From Ostreococcus lucimarinus (taxonomy: Eukaryota), in assembly GCA_000092065.1 (NCBI GenBank), contig CP000584.1: 64,000 nt of DNA, one strand, 5' to 3'. Both the position numbers and the translations under genes were made by a program. Shown here piece by piece: positions 19,524 through 29,132 of the stretch. The stretch's first letter is position 1. Each line of letters opens with the position of its first letter. A model generated the notes under the pieces. The model ran no database searches. It saw only the letters and a list, made by a program, of their open reading frames with translations, and was not told the origin of the DNA.

Positions 19524-22500
19524 TTATTTCCCTCGTCTCGCACGTTTCGTTTCCGCGAGGATGGAATCGACGCAAATCGCACATCGCACGTACTCGTAGA
19601 ATTTCGGGAGCTGAAAGCCAGACGGCGCCCACACTGGATGGTCGGCGATGGCGTCGAATGAGGCCCCGGAAGAACACGAATCGCAGAAAGCCCGCGAACA
19701 AGAGATGCATCGGAATGTGATGTGATTCGGTGACGCTTCTTTGAGGCACACCAAGCAACTATGTTGTGGACACTTCCAACCCTTTTGCGGAACGGTGCGA
19801 ATGTACGCGCACCCCATCGAAGTGATGCGCGGACACGAAATGCAGCGAATCTTCAAACCAGCCTTTTCCGGTGGAAGAAAGGCGGGCGGAATGTTTTTGC
19901 ACTGTCCAGGCACTCCACCACAGTACACGCAGTTGTGTTCGTGCAAAGTCCACCACGTGGGGTCTTCGACTTCTGCCCTCTTTTGCTTTCGTTCAGCGGC
20001 GGCGTCCCAGAGTTCGGCATCTTTTGAGGCGAATTCCGGAGGCACGTTCCCGTTCGCTGGAATTTTCTCGAGCGAAGACACGAGCGATTCCGGCGGGTTT
20101 GCAGATAACTTATTCAACGCAGCACCACGCTTCCACGCTATATCTTGCCCGTTGGTGCCGACGACTTTCATGAAGTACGTCGTGCGCTTCACCGGATCCA
20201 ATCCCCAAACTCTGTTCGCAATGCGCCACATGTTCATCAAATTCGGCGCACCAGAGGCGTCGATCTTACTCGAGAATTCGCCATCGAGTTGCAAAATAGA
20301 AGTAACGCCCGAAAGCAAACCTTGCTGACGTCCAAGATTGTGGAAGCTGCACAACAGAAAGGAGATGTTGTTCTCTGGCGCCATGGTGTTGAATCTCGCC
20401 GCAGAGTACAGCGCAACGCCCAAAGGCTGATCGGTTTCGTCCAAGCGAGCGTATTCTAACTTGGCCATACTCATCCCTTCCGCCGCGCTATTCAACGCAT
20501 TTTCATCCTCCGCGATGACTAGCACTTTCTGCGCCTGCTTGCGCATCGTCTGAAGGATATGCATGAGAGCGTCGACGGGATTCGTCTTCGCATCAATCTC
20601 AAACTGTAAAAACTTGGCCAGTGGCGCGGGAACGACGGGTGGTTCAACCACGCGCTCACTCGTGCTATGTACGATCAGATCTCTCCACTTTACCGGTAGA
20701 GACTTCGTACTTTGGCCCAGTCCTGGGAAAATGACGCGTCCCAAGGCGACGGCGTGAGGGCCGTCAAAGTCATCGGCTTTGCCCAACAAGAACGTGGATC
20801 CTGCTTGAAGAACTTTCTCTTGGACAGCGGAGGAAAGCGCGCCGACACTCGCCTCATTTCGCCAGTCGTCACAAATCACGCTCTTGAACATCGTAGTTTT
20901 CAACGCTTCGCATTGACTCATGCGCTCGTACGAAACGACGAGGTAATCATACGACAGTGCTTTTATCATTTGAACATTGTTCGCACTCTTTTCATCCTCT
21001 TCAGACATCAACGTGACACTACGCAGGGAAGTACACCAACGATGAAGATCAGCGATCCATAAGTGTGCTGTTTCCTTCGGGCAAAGAATCAAGTGCTGAC
21101 CCGGTTCGCGTAAGCCGTCTCGAACCCATTGAATAAAAGCGAGCGACGTGAGCCGCTTGCCCAGGCCCGTTTCAAAAGCAAGCAGCCCGTTCACGCCCAG
21201 CGAATGCAGGTTTCGCATCCAATGAATCGCGTCGATTTGATGTGACTTCAAATATTTCCAAGGCGCGAGATCCGCGTAAAGAGCTTTGCCTTGCGGAATC
21301 TTCGGCGCCAATCTGGTCAAATGATCCAACGCCGTTTTAATCTCTGCTTCCCCGAGTTCGTCACTGAGCGAATTCAAGCGACTCGCCTCTTCCGCTTCGA
21401 GATGTTTACAGGCGTCTTGCATATCCCGTAAGAGCTTGCTCGGGGCTCCTCCCTTGTGCGTCGAATCCAAGTAATGGCGCACGCATGTGATCGTCGCAAT
21501 TCGCTTTGCCTCAGCGCTCGTCGCCCGCGGGAAAACTTCCAGCGTCACATCTTTTTGCTTCTCTTCCTGCGCGCTCGGATGCGACTTTTGGGCGCTCGCA
21601 GTGCTTCTATTCGGATCCACAAATGCAGCGTCTTCCTCGTGCGATTGCGCCTTCACATCCCAAAACACATTCTTATTACGTAACATATCGCTCGTGCCAT
21701 CTTCGCGGTATCCACACGTGAGGAAACGCTGTTGCTCGAATTCGGGCGCGCTGTGCGCCTTGCAAAACACCATGGGCTGTCCTGATGCCGCTTGCCTCAA
21801 CATAATTTGTTTATCGGCACGCGCACATAGTGGATGAAACGCGGTATAACACTTGTGCATCGCGCACTGCGTGCACGCGCCTATTTCTTCACAAACCGAA
21901 CACTTCAATTTCATGCGTTTCGACTGAACGAGCAACATGTCGACAATGGGAGATTCCCCAGTCTTTTGATGACGCATGACTACTTCGGGTAAGTGCAAAG
22001 CGCACGCAAGATGCGCATGGTGACCCGGCGAAAGCCATGGTGTTTCGAATTTCGACGCTGGGACCACACGCACGAGTGCGCCACCCGGATGTGGGCACAA
22101 TGCACAGATACCCCTAGGAGTTCCACAGCTCACGAGCGGGCCTTTGGTGACGCCCTCTTTGCAACCAGTGCAGTACCAATCACCCTCAGGAAGGTTCTTG
22201 ATTCCGTAGCAAGACATGTGAACCTGAATTTCGCATCCGTCGCAGAAGACAATCTCATCCTTCGCATGCCACCAATCTGGCGCTTGATGGCCGCAGACGT
22301 GACACACATCGTAATCCTCGAGAGACGTCCTCCACAGCCTAGAAATATGCTCGGGAGGCGGCGGTGGCATCTTCCCACGTGGTCGAGTTTGATGCGGAGG
22401 GTTTTTAAGCTGACCCGGTTTCACGGGCTTTCCGTCCGGTGTCTTGCCGTATTGCAACACATGCAACTGACTCGCCAGTGCGTCAGCTTTTGCTTGCACC

Positions 22501-23117
22501 TTCGAGTGTTTCTTTCTCATCTCCTTGGCGTATGCCACGGCTCGATCAGCGGCGCGCTTTTTACTGACGGCAAACTGATACGCGCTCGCCGCCGCCGCCG
22601 CCGTCATCGTCCACTCTGGTAAAGATTCTGGCTTGCGTGCCTTGACTCGCTCGAGCACTTCGCCCATCGTTGGCGTCACGCGTCCACCATTCAAACTTTC
22701 CGGCCCGAGTGCGAACGTCTCCAAAAACGCCATTATCGACGTCGTCTTCATACTAGATTCATCCAAATCCACAATCGTCTCCGCGCGTTCGTCAAACAAA
22801 TCATCAAACTGCCCCGGCGCGTCAACTCTCGCTCCCTCCGCGTCGCTCTCGTCGTTCATCCCATACGTCCCATTCACCGTCTCTACCTCCATATCCTCCA
22901 CCGTCGCTATGCGTGCGTCTATATCCGCCATCCACGCCGGCTCTCCGTCTCCACCATCGTCTTCCTCGCCGTTCGCCGACGTCGTCTCGCCGTCGCCGTT
23001 GCCTCGCGAGCCGCCTCTTTCATTCCCGCTCCCCGCCGCCACGCGCGCCACGAGCGCCGCGATCGCGTCCTGTGCGCTCATATCCGCATCGCTCTCGACC
23101 GCGTTCGCGCCGTGCAT
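19524..23117 (-). CDS. PHD-finger chromatin protein with an SNF2-like helicase N-terminal region and extra Cys-rich zinc fingers
   Basis: First ATG at 23117 (MHGANAVESDADMSAQD); the track start at 23324 is GTG. PHD: YDVCHVCGHQAPDWWHAKDEIVFCDGCEIQVHMSCYGIKNLPEGDWYCTGC. Extended PHD: CALCPHPGG...LKCSVCEEIGACTQCAMHKCYTAFHPLCA. SNF2 motif I-like: LLAFETGLGKRLTSLAFIQW, followed by a degenerate helicase-C region. C-terminal Cys cluster: CVYCGGVPGQC...CISCPRITSMGC...CPQHSCLVC. Confidence 0.65.
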   Translation of the reverse strand: MHGANAVESDADMSAQDAIAALVARVAAGSGNERGGSRGNGDGETTSANGEEDDGGDGEPAWMADIDARIATVEDMEVETVNGTYGMNDESDAEGARVDAPGQFDDLFDERAETIVDLDESSMKTTSIMAFLETFALGPESLNGGRVTPTMGEVLERVKARKPESLPEWTMTAAAAASAYQFAVSKKRAADRAVAYAKEMRKKHSKVQAKADALASQLHVLQYGKTPDGKPVKPGQLKNPPHQTRPRGKMPPPPPEHISRLWRTSLEDYDVCHVCGHQAPDWWHAKDEIVFCDGCEIQVHMSCYGIKNLPEGDWYCTGCKEGVTKGPLVSCGTPRGICALCPHPGGALVRVVPASKFETPWLSPGHHAHLACALHLPEVVMRHQKTGESPIVDMLLVQSKRMKLKCSVCEEIGACTQCAMHKCYTAFHPLCARADKQIMLRQAASGQPMVFCKAHSAPEFEQQRFLTCGYREDGTSDMLRNKNVFWDVKAQSHEEDAAFVDPNRSTASAQKSHPSAQEEKQKDVTLEVFPRATSAEAKRIATITCVRHYLDSTHKGGAPSKLLRDMQDACKHLEAEEASRLNSLSDELGEAEIKTALDHLTRLAPKIPQGKALYADLAPWKYLKSHQIDAIHWMRNLHSLGVNGLLAFETGLGKRLTSLAFIQWVRDGLREPGQHLILCPKETAHLWIADLHRWCTSLRSVTLMSEEDEKSANNVQMIKALSYDYLVVSYERMSQCEALKTTMFKSVICDDWRNEASVGALSSAVQEKVLQAGSTFLLGKADDFDGPHAVALGRVIFPGLGQSTKSLPVKWRDLIVHSTSERVVEPPVVPAPLAKFLQFEIDAKTNPVDALMHILQTMRKQAQKVLVIAEDENALNSAAEGMSMAKLEYARLDETDQPLGVALYSAARFNTMAPENNISFLLCSFHNLGRQQGLLSGVTSILQLDGEFSSKIDASGAPNLMNMWRIANRVWGLDPVKRTTYFMKVVGTNGQDIAWKRGAALNKLSANPPESLVSSLEKIPANGNVPPEFASKDAELWDAAAERKQKRAEVEDPTWWTLHEHNCVYCGGVPGQCKNIPPAFLPPEKAGLKIRCISCPRITSMGCAYIRTVPQKGWKCPQHSCLVCLKEASPNHITFRCISCSRAFCDSCSSGASFDAIADHPVWAPSGFQLPKFYEYVRCAICVDSILAETKRARRGK

Positions 23118-23516
23118 ATCGCGCGTCGACGTCGCGCGCTTCCGACGAACGCAATCGAAGATTCCGCCGATTCCGAAAGATCGCGACGAATTCCCGTCGA
23201 TTCGCGCGCTCGCGGGCCGCCGCGGCGCGTCGACCGCGACCGTGACCGCGATTTCCGCGTGCGGTGCGCGCGCGGTCGCCGCGGATGTCGCGCGCGTCGC
23301 CGTGTGCGGAGCGGACGACTGCACGTCGACGCCGAATACTGTTTACCCATAGAAGACACGAAACGTCTCATTGGACGACCGAACGTTCGGTCGAACACAT
23401 CCGACACACCCGCGCGCGCGCCACGATCGCGTGGCCGCGACCGCGCGCCGATTCCAAACGCGATTATCGATCTTCCCGCCGGCGCGTCGCGGGTCGAGTC
23501 GCGCGTGGACGACGGC

Positions 23517-24445
23517 ATGCCGGCGCATCGTGAATTTGCGCTGACTGAATATTTCGTCTCAGTAGATGCGCGAAAGCGCGCGAACTGCGCGACGGACGCG
23601 GTGGACGGTTTCGTGAAGATCAACCACGGTCTATGCGTCGAGATTCCTCTCTTCGCGCGCGTGGGATTGGCGCTTACGAACGCGTTTTATTGGGTCCTGG
23701 CGTGGAAGTTGCTGCGTTCGACGGGTGAGGCGCGAGCGAAGCGAAGCGAAGCGAAGACGACGCGCCGTTGGAAATGTTGCGCGAAACGTGAGACTGACGG
23801 CGGTGCGTGGAACGTGCGTTATCAGGAATGTTTGATGATTCTCAGTGCGCGCGTGATTTGTGTCGTTCGCACGCGTTTCACGTTTTGCTTGTTTTTGGCA
23901 TCGCGTCCGCTTCGACGGCGTACCATTTCTACCAGCTCGGTCTGGATCGAGAGATTTCGAGGGCGTCGCGCTCAGCGTGCGATTGCTTCAAATTTCGTGG
24001 ATTTACGCTACCTGGAACTGGTACGACGTCAAAGAAGGTCAAGGCTTCGCCGCTCAAGGTGACGTCGCTGAGGCAGCTTTCAGACGAGCGCGTCGGTTTC
24101 GACCGTTTACGCTCGGACTCTGCGCGAGATCTCTCTGCGAGTGCGGCATGTTCGCCGTCGCCGACGAAACCTTCGGTGACGACCATGTCTTTATATAATT
24201 ATCCCGGTGAGTTGGTGAGATGGCTGTGCGCGATGGACATAGGATGCGCAATCATCTACGGCGTATTTTGCGCGACTTGCTTCGGCGCTGAGAAGATTCT
24301 CAGCGCCGGTCGTTTGCCGACCGTATTTCTTGTCACCGCCATGATATGCCAGCGCGCCGAAAAATACTGGGCCTACGTCGTGTTACACAGCATTTGGCAC
24401 GCCCTGAGCGCCGCGCTCATGCTCGATTTCTTGCTTGCGCAGTAG
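23517..24445 (+). CDS. Multi-exon gene for a membrane protein with a C-terminal HxxWH motif (CREST/alkaline-ceramidase/Per1-like hydrolase superfamily); exon structure unresolved
   Basis: Exon 1 from the ATG at 23517 (MPAHREFALTEYFVSVDARKRANCATDAVDGFVKINHGLCVEIPLFARVGLALTNAFYWVLAWKLLRSTG). It ends at a GTGAGG donor near 23726. An acceptor ttatcag near 23826 joins in phase to MFDDSQCARDLCRSHAFHVLLVFGIASASTAYHFYQ. A GTGAGT donor sits near 24207. The last exon encodes ...LVRWLCAMDIGCAIIYGVFCATCF...EKYWAYVVLHSIWHALSAALMLDFLLAQ and stops at 24445. Confidence 0.35.
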
Positions 24446-24540
24446 CGCGTCGAGCGAATATTGAATATTCTTTTTTTTTGATGCCCTCGTCGTCGCACCT
24501 TCTTCTGTACTCACTACCGTATTATTAATAAAATCAATCA

Positions 24541-25730
24541 CTAAAAGTGTAAAGACACGGGAGCACTCTCCTTCTCTTCCTTCTCCGCGGCCCTGCCACC
24601 TTCAGATCGGGCGTAGAACAAAATGTATCCGTGCTCGCTCCCCGCGGAGCCGCCATCCGTCGTCGAGCCAAAGACTTGTTGAAGCTGCTCTTCATCCACG
24701 ACTTCAACGCAATCGTCATCGTACAAGAACCAGCGATGATTATTCTTGGCGAAACACACGTAGTGTCCGTGATTAGGCCCGGAGCCGATGTGAACGACGA
24801 CGGCGAAAAGCTTATAACTCGCATCGGGATTCTCCGCTTCGTCTATCAAGTTGGGAATTTTCAATTCGGAAGGGAACACCACGCGATGATTCAGTTTCGC
24901 GTGCCTGCCGAGCGCCTCGATGTACTTGAACCGCTTCAAGTGTAACGACAATACTTTCGGCGCTTCATGAATCAGCATTCGCTTCTGCGCCTCGTGTAAC
25001 CCACCGCATCGATCGCACTGAAACTTGTCGTTTTTGTCCAACAACTCCTTGGCGCTGAAATTATTCAAGCACGCCGTGATGGAAGTGTTCTGCTCGACAT
25101 CAACCGACAGGTCCAAAAAGCACTCCTCTCTATTCGTCGTGTTCTCACACCATAAACACCGCGTCTGATTCGCCAGTTTCCCCTCGAACACATCGTGTAT
25201 CCACGTCTTCTTCCCCGGTTCCCACGCGCCGTCTCGCTTCAACTTCGTCTGTAAATTTTCGCAACACTCATTCAGCAAGAAGTTTAAAAACTCGTGCGCA
25301 TCCTGATGCATGTGTCCTCGAAACAACACGTTATCCTTCCTCAACCGTTCGATGAACGCCCTCGGGCTGACGTATCCCGTGCGTTTCGTTTGTCCCGAAA
25401 TCTCTCGAAACAGATCCCCGAGCGCCGCCAGCATGCTGTCGGGCGTCTCCTTTCCTCGTCCGCTCGTCGACGTCCCATCGTTCGCCGCCGCGTGATGTTC
25501 GATCAATCGTTCTCGAAACTCATCGCACGCGTACAGCGCCTGGAGCACCGAGTTACAGTAGCACGTGTTGCCAAAGTTTTCCAATCCAAAAAACTTTGCC
25601 GACGGTGGGAACGCGTCGCCGAGCGTCTTCGCGTTGACTTGCGCGCGCGCGCGTCGCCGATGACTCCCGCCCGCGCGTTCGCGTTCGGCGACGCCGCGGC
25701 GAGAGATTTGACAAAGTTTAGAAAGCCCAT
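24541..25730 (-). CDS. Ubiquitin carboxyl-terminal hydrolase of the USP12/USP46 family; 5' end unresolved
   Basis: Collinear with human USP12/46: Cys box GLENFGNTCYCNSVLQALYAC; QQDAHEFLNFLLN; FEGKLANQTRCLWCENTTNREECFLDLSVDVEQNTSITACL; KFQCDRCGGLHEAQKRMLIHEAPKVLSLHLKRFKY; His box KLFAVVVHIGSGPNHGHYVCFAKNNHRWFLYDDD; GYILFY. Stop at 24541. The only ATG in the 200-bp gap before the upstream lipase gene is at 25730..25728, and it is +1 out of frame with the body (see finding). Confidence 0.8.
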
Positions 25731-25790
25731 GACCGGCAATGGCGAGTCGACGCGTGCGAGAGGTGAGTGCGTGAAATACAGTTGGGGAAG

Positions 25791-27875
25791 CTACGCGCGG
25801 GCGCACTCGCGAACGAAGGAGTCGAGCACGTCCTCGTACTGGGAGAGAAAGTGGTCGGCGATCATGGTGCGAGATAGGATGATCTTGCGGTAGACGTCTA
25901 AATCGACGTCGAAGAAGAGGGCGTGGCGGGACTCGCGGCGGGCTTCGTCGACGGCTTCGTCGAGGCCGGATTTGTAGACAAAGTGAAGGATTCGGCCGGC
26001 GGGGTAGAGTAAGACGGTGCCTCGCTTGGCGATGTCTTGGTCGGCGCGGGCGTCGCTTGACGCGGATTTGACGCGTTTGACGACGGGCTCGCGCTCGGAG
26101 TCGTCGCACGACGCGGTGTCGTCCATGCGCGGCGGCGGTAAGTCTGCGCCGTAGTAATCCGCCGTCATGAGCGCCTCCTCGTCTCCCAACAATTCGGCTG
26201 CTTTCATGACGGAGATGTCTTCTTGCATTGCCAGCACCTCTTGCGCCGCGTTGGCCTCAGCGCGATAAATCTTTTTCATATCGTCAGCGGTGAGCGGTTT
26301 CTGGAAGTCTTCGTCGAGCGCGATTCGAGCGCTCTCGATGTACTCCTGGAAATCGCGCTCCTCCTGCGACTTGGGCGAGGCGGCGGCGGCGTGCGCGTGC
26401 GCGAGATGGGCGTCGTGACAAATATCGGTCGCGAGCACGGTGGCAGAGATGGTGTCGCCTACTTGCTGATTCGTCTTGCTGAACTCAGTCTTGCTCTCGC
26501 CCGTCGGCTCTGCTCGCTCGAGCGTTTTCTTCTTCCTCGGTCGCGGGGGGACGATGCCGGCGATGAACGCCCCCGAGAGACTGGCTAATTTTGAACTCGT
26601 GTTACTCACGCGTTTGCCGATCAGCAGGCTTTGTCTGTACAGCGAACTCGACTCGACTAACTTATCGTGCCTTGTCTTCAATCCTTTCAGCGCGCGCAAC
26701 CACTGTGGGTACTTTTGTGGGCCGTAGTTTTGTTTTCCCAGAGCCGCGGCGGCGGCGGCGAAACGCGACGGCGTCGGTCCTCGAGCGCATTCCATCGCCG
26801 CGGTACTCTCTCTCCATTTATCCAACAATCTTTGCTCGAGCGCCGTACTCACGACTTCGCGCTGTAACTCGCTCACTTTGCTAAAACTAACCATCGGGAC
26901 TAAATCGGCGTTGTTCACGCACGTCGTTACGAAAGATCGACACGACTCGGCGAGCTCGCGACTCAGCGTCGACGGGCACGCGAAGGTGAAACAGTGCAAG
27001 CCCACTCGCTTGAACCTCGGGTCTTGTCGTAACATTTCGGTGAGCAACACCGCGACACCACCACCCAAGGAGTGCCCGACGATCTTCAGCTCGTACCCGG
27101 GGTGCGCCGCGAGCGAAGACAGCAAGTCGTCTTTAATCTTTCGCTCGAGAAATCTCGCCGTGGTGAGGAATCCGCTGTGAGCGTACCCGACGCGCAACGT
27201 CGCCTCCTCGTCATCCGACGTCGACACCATCGTGTGATGCGCGCACACCGAGCCAGTTAAATTTGTTATCATATCCTTCGCGCTGTGCGTGCCTCGAATG
27301 ACAAAAACCAACCGCTTTTCATCCTCGTCCCGAAACAACACGTACGCCGGCCGCATCATTCGCGGCGCCAAATCGCTCAACAAAATCGCCTCCTGACCCA
27401 CCCCTCCCTGCGCCGCCACCGTCTTCAAATCCGGCGCCCTGCGCAACGATTTCGAATACGTCAGCGCCATCTTTATCTCCCTCAAACTCTTCTCCCACGC
27501 CTCTTTCGCGTTCGAATCGTCCGCCGTCCTCGCCGTCCTGTTCAAACGCGCGCGCGTCCCGCGTCTCGCCACCTCTCTCGCGATCGCCCCCCCCATGTCT
27601 CGCTGCGACAGCATCCGCAGCGCCAGCACGTGATCCAACCGCCATATGTTCAACCGCGCCAGCGCTTCGCTCCAGCTCAACCGCACGACGCGCGCGAGTC
27701 GCGTCGCGCTCTCGCCCCACGTCGTCGGCGGTGGTGGCGCCGCGTCGAAAAGCAGCGACGACGCGCGCGCCGCGTCGTCGTCGCGCGCGCCGCTCGCGCG
27801 CGCGCGCACGAACGCGCAGAGCGCGCGCTGCACGACCGCGCGGTCGACGCCGCGCGCGACCCGCGCGGGGGGCAT
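25791..27875 (-). CDS. Lipase class 3 (fungal-lipase-like/Sn1-DAG-lipase-like alpha/beta hydrolase) with long N- and C-terminal extensions
   Basis: ATG at 27875 (MPPARVA). Lipase_3 core: VFVIRGTHSAKDMITNLTGS, nucleophile elbow ELKIVGHSLGGGVAVLLTEML, then CFTFACPS...NNADLVPMVS. Stop at 25791. Confidence 0.8.
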   Translation of the reverse strand: MPPARVARGVDRAVVQRALCAFVRARASGARDDDAARASSLLFDAAPPPPTTWGESATRLARVVRLSWSEALARLNIWRLDHVLALRMLSQRDMGGAIAREVARRGTRARLNRTARTADDSNAKEAWEKSLREIKMALTYSKSLRRAPDLKTVAAQGGVGQEAILLSDLAPRMMRPAYVLFRDEDEKRLVFVIRGTHSAKDMITNLTGSVCAHHTMVSTSDDEEATLRVGYAHSGFLTTARFLERKIKDDLLSSLAAHPGYELKIVGHSLGGGVAVLLTEMLRQDPRFKRVGLHCFTFACPSTLSRELAESCRSFVTTCVNNADLVPMVSFSKVSELQREVVSTALEQRLLDKWRESTAAMECARGPTPSRFAAAAAALGKQNYGPQKYPQWLRALKGLKTRHDKLVESSSLYRQSLLIGKRVSNTSSKLASLSGAFIAGIVPPRPRKKKTLERAEPTGESKTEFSKTNQQVGDTISATVLATDICHDAHLAHAHAAAASPKSQEERDFQEYIESARIALDEDFQKPLTADDMKKIYRAEANAAQEVLAMQEDISVMKAAELLGDEEALMTADYYGADLPPPRMDDTASCDDSEREPVVKRVKSASSDARADQDIAKRGTVLLYPAGRILHFVYKSGLDEAVDEARRESRHALFFDVDLDVYRKIILSRTMIADHFLSQYEDVLDSFVRECARA

Positions 27876-28369
27876 CGCGCGCGCGTGTGCCGTCGCGGCG
27901 GTTCGCGGCGGTCGCGTTCGATCGGCATCCGCGTCGTCGTCGTCGTCGGACGCGGGAAAAAATAGGAGGCCCGTCAGTGGAGATGAACATCAAACGGTCT
28001 ACGCGACTGCGTGCGCAGAAAATCGATCCGGCGCGCGCGGGCGCGGTGGCGTCGGTGTCGTTACGGGCTTCGCCCGGGCGGGCTGGGCAGAGAAAGTCAA
28101 CAACGGCGACGGCGTCGGCGCGAGGCGCGCCCGTAATCGCGTCGAAGATCGAGAAACGAAATCGTCGACGACGAAATTTCTCGTCTCGTCATCAAGGATA
28201 AATGCACTCGTCGTCTGCAGGACGCCGACTACGTTTTTTTTTCCGCGGCGACCTCAACCGGCGTTTCGTGGCTGTCGTTTTCTCGCGTCGTCTCGACGCC
28301 TCGGACGCGCGTGACGTCACTTTACGACGCCGACGCGACGACGCACCGACGACGACGACAACGAAAACG

Positions 28370-28972
28370 ATGACGATGACGACGAAAACGATCACCGGGG
28401 CGCTCGTGTGCGCGCTGGCGCTCTCGGCGATGGTGCCAACCTGTTTTGCTAAAGACGTGACGTGGGACGCGATGGCGGACGCCGCCGCGGCGCCGGCGCC
28501 GGCGCCGGCCGACGACGCCGCGGCCCCGGCCCCGGCGCCGACGATGGACGGCGAGCGCACCGTCGTTGACGTCGCGATCGAAGATCCGAGATTCGCGACG
28601 CTCGTCACCGCGGTGGTGGCGGTGCCCGAAGTTCTGGATACGCTCGAGACGCCGGGGCCTTGGACCGTCTTCGCGCCGAGCAACGAGGCCATCGCGACGT
28701 TTTTGGCCGAAAACGGATTGACCGCCGAACAACTCTTGGCTTCGCCTGGTTTGGGTGATGTGTTGAAGAAGCACGTCGTCGCGAGCAAACTTCTCGCCGC
28801 GGACGCGGTGAACGCCGTGAGCGCTGGACCGATTACGCTGACGACGTTGAACGGCGACGTCGACGCGCGCATGGTCGACGGAACGCTGTACGTCGGTGGC
28901 GCGGCCGTCGTCCAGGTGGACATCATGGCGGACAACGGCGTCGTACACGTGATCGATCGCGTGATTCAATGA
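28370..28972 (+). CDS. Secreted fasciclin (FAS1) domain protein with an N-terminal signal peptide
   Basis: ATG at 28370 (MTMTTKTITGALVCALALSAMVPTCFA). FAS1 core: TVFAPSNEAIATFL...LKKHVV...TLNGDVDARMVDGTLYVGGAAVVQVDIMADNGVVHVIDRVI. Confidence 0.75.
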   Translation: MTMTTKTITGALVCALALSAMVPTCFAKDVTWDAMADAAAAPAPAPADDAAAPAPAPTMDGERTVVDVAIEDPRFATLVTAVVAVPEVLDTLETPGPWTVFAPSNEAIATFLAENGLTAEQLLASPGLGDVLKKHVVASKLLAADAVNAVSAGPITLTTLNGDVDARMVDGTLYVGGAAVVQVDIMADNGVVHVIDRVIQ

Positions 28973-29132
28973 TGATTTCACGATGATGCGCCGCGCGGCG
29001 CGATGCAAGACCCCCAACACACGACGAAACGATTTCCATGCAATACACTTTCGAAACTGACAATCGTTCGCGCGCTCCTAATTTTTGGCTACAATTCACT
29101 AAAATCTAAGGCGTCTAATGCGCCGCGAAAGC

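Noticed and set aside
27285-28314. ORFs 27285..27965 +, 27319..27993 -, 27646..28314 +, 27731..28201 + in the lipase/fasciclin divergent region
   Set aside because: Poly-Arg/Ala translations of cgcgcg-rich promoter sequence and antisense of the lipase 5' end. No ATG or domain support.
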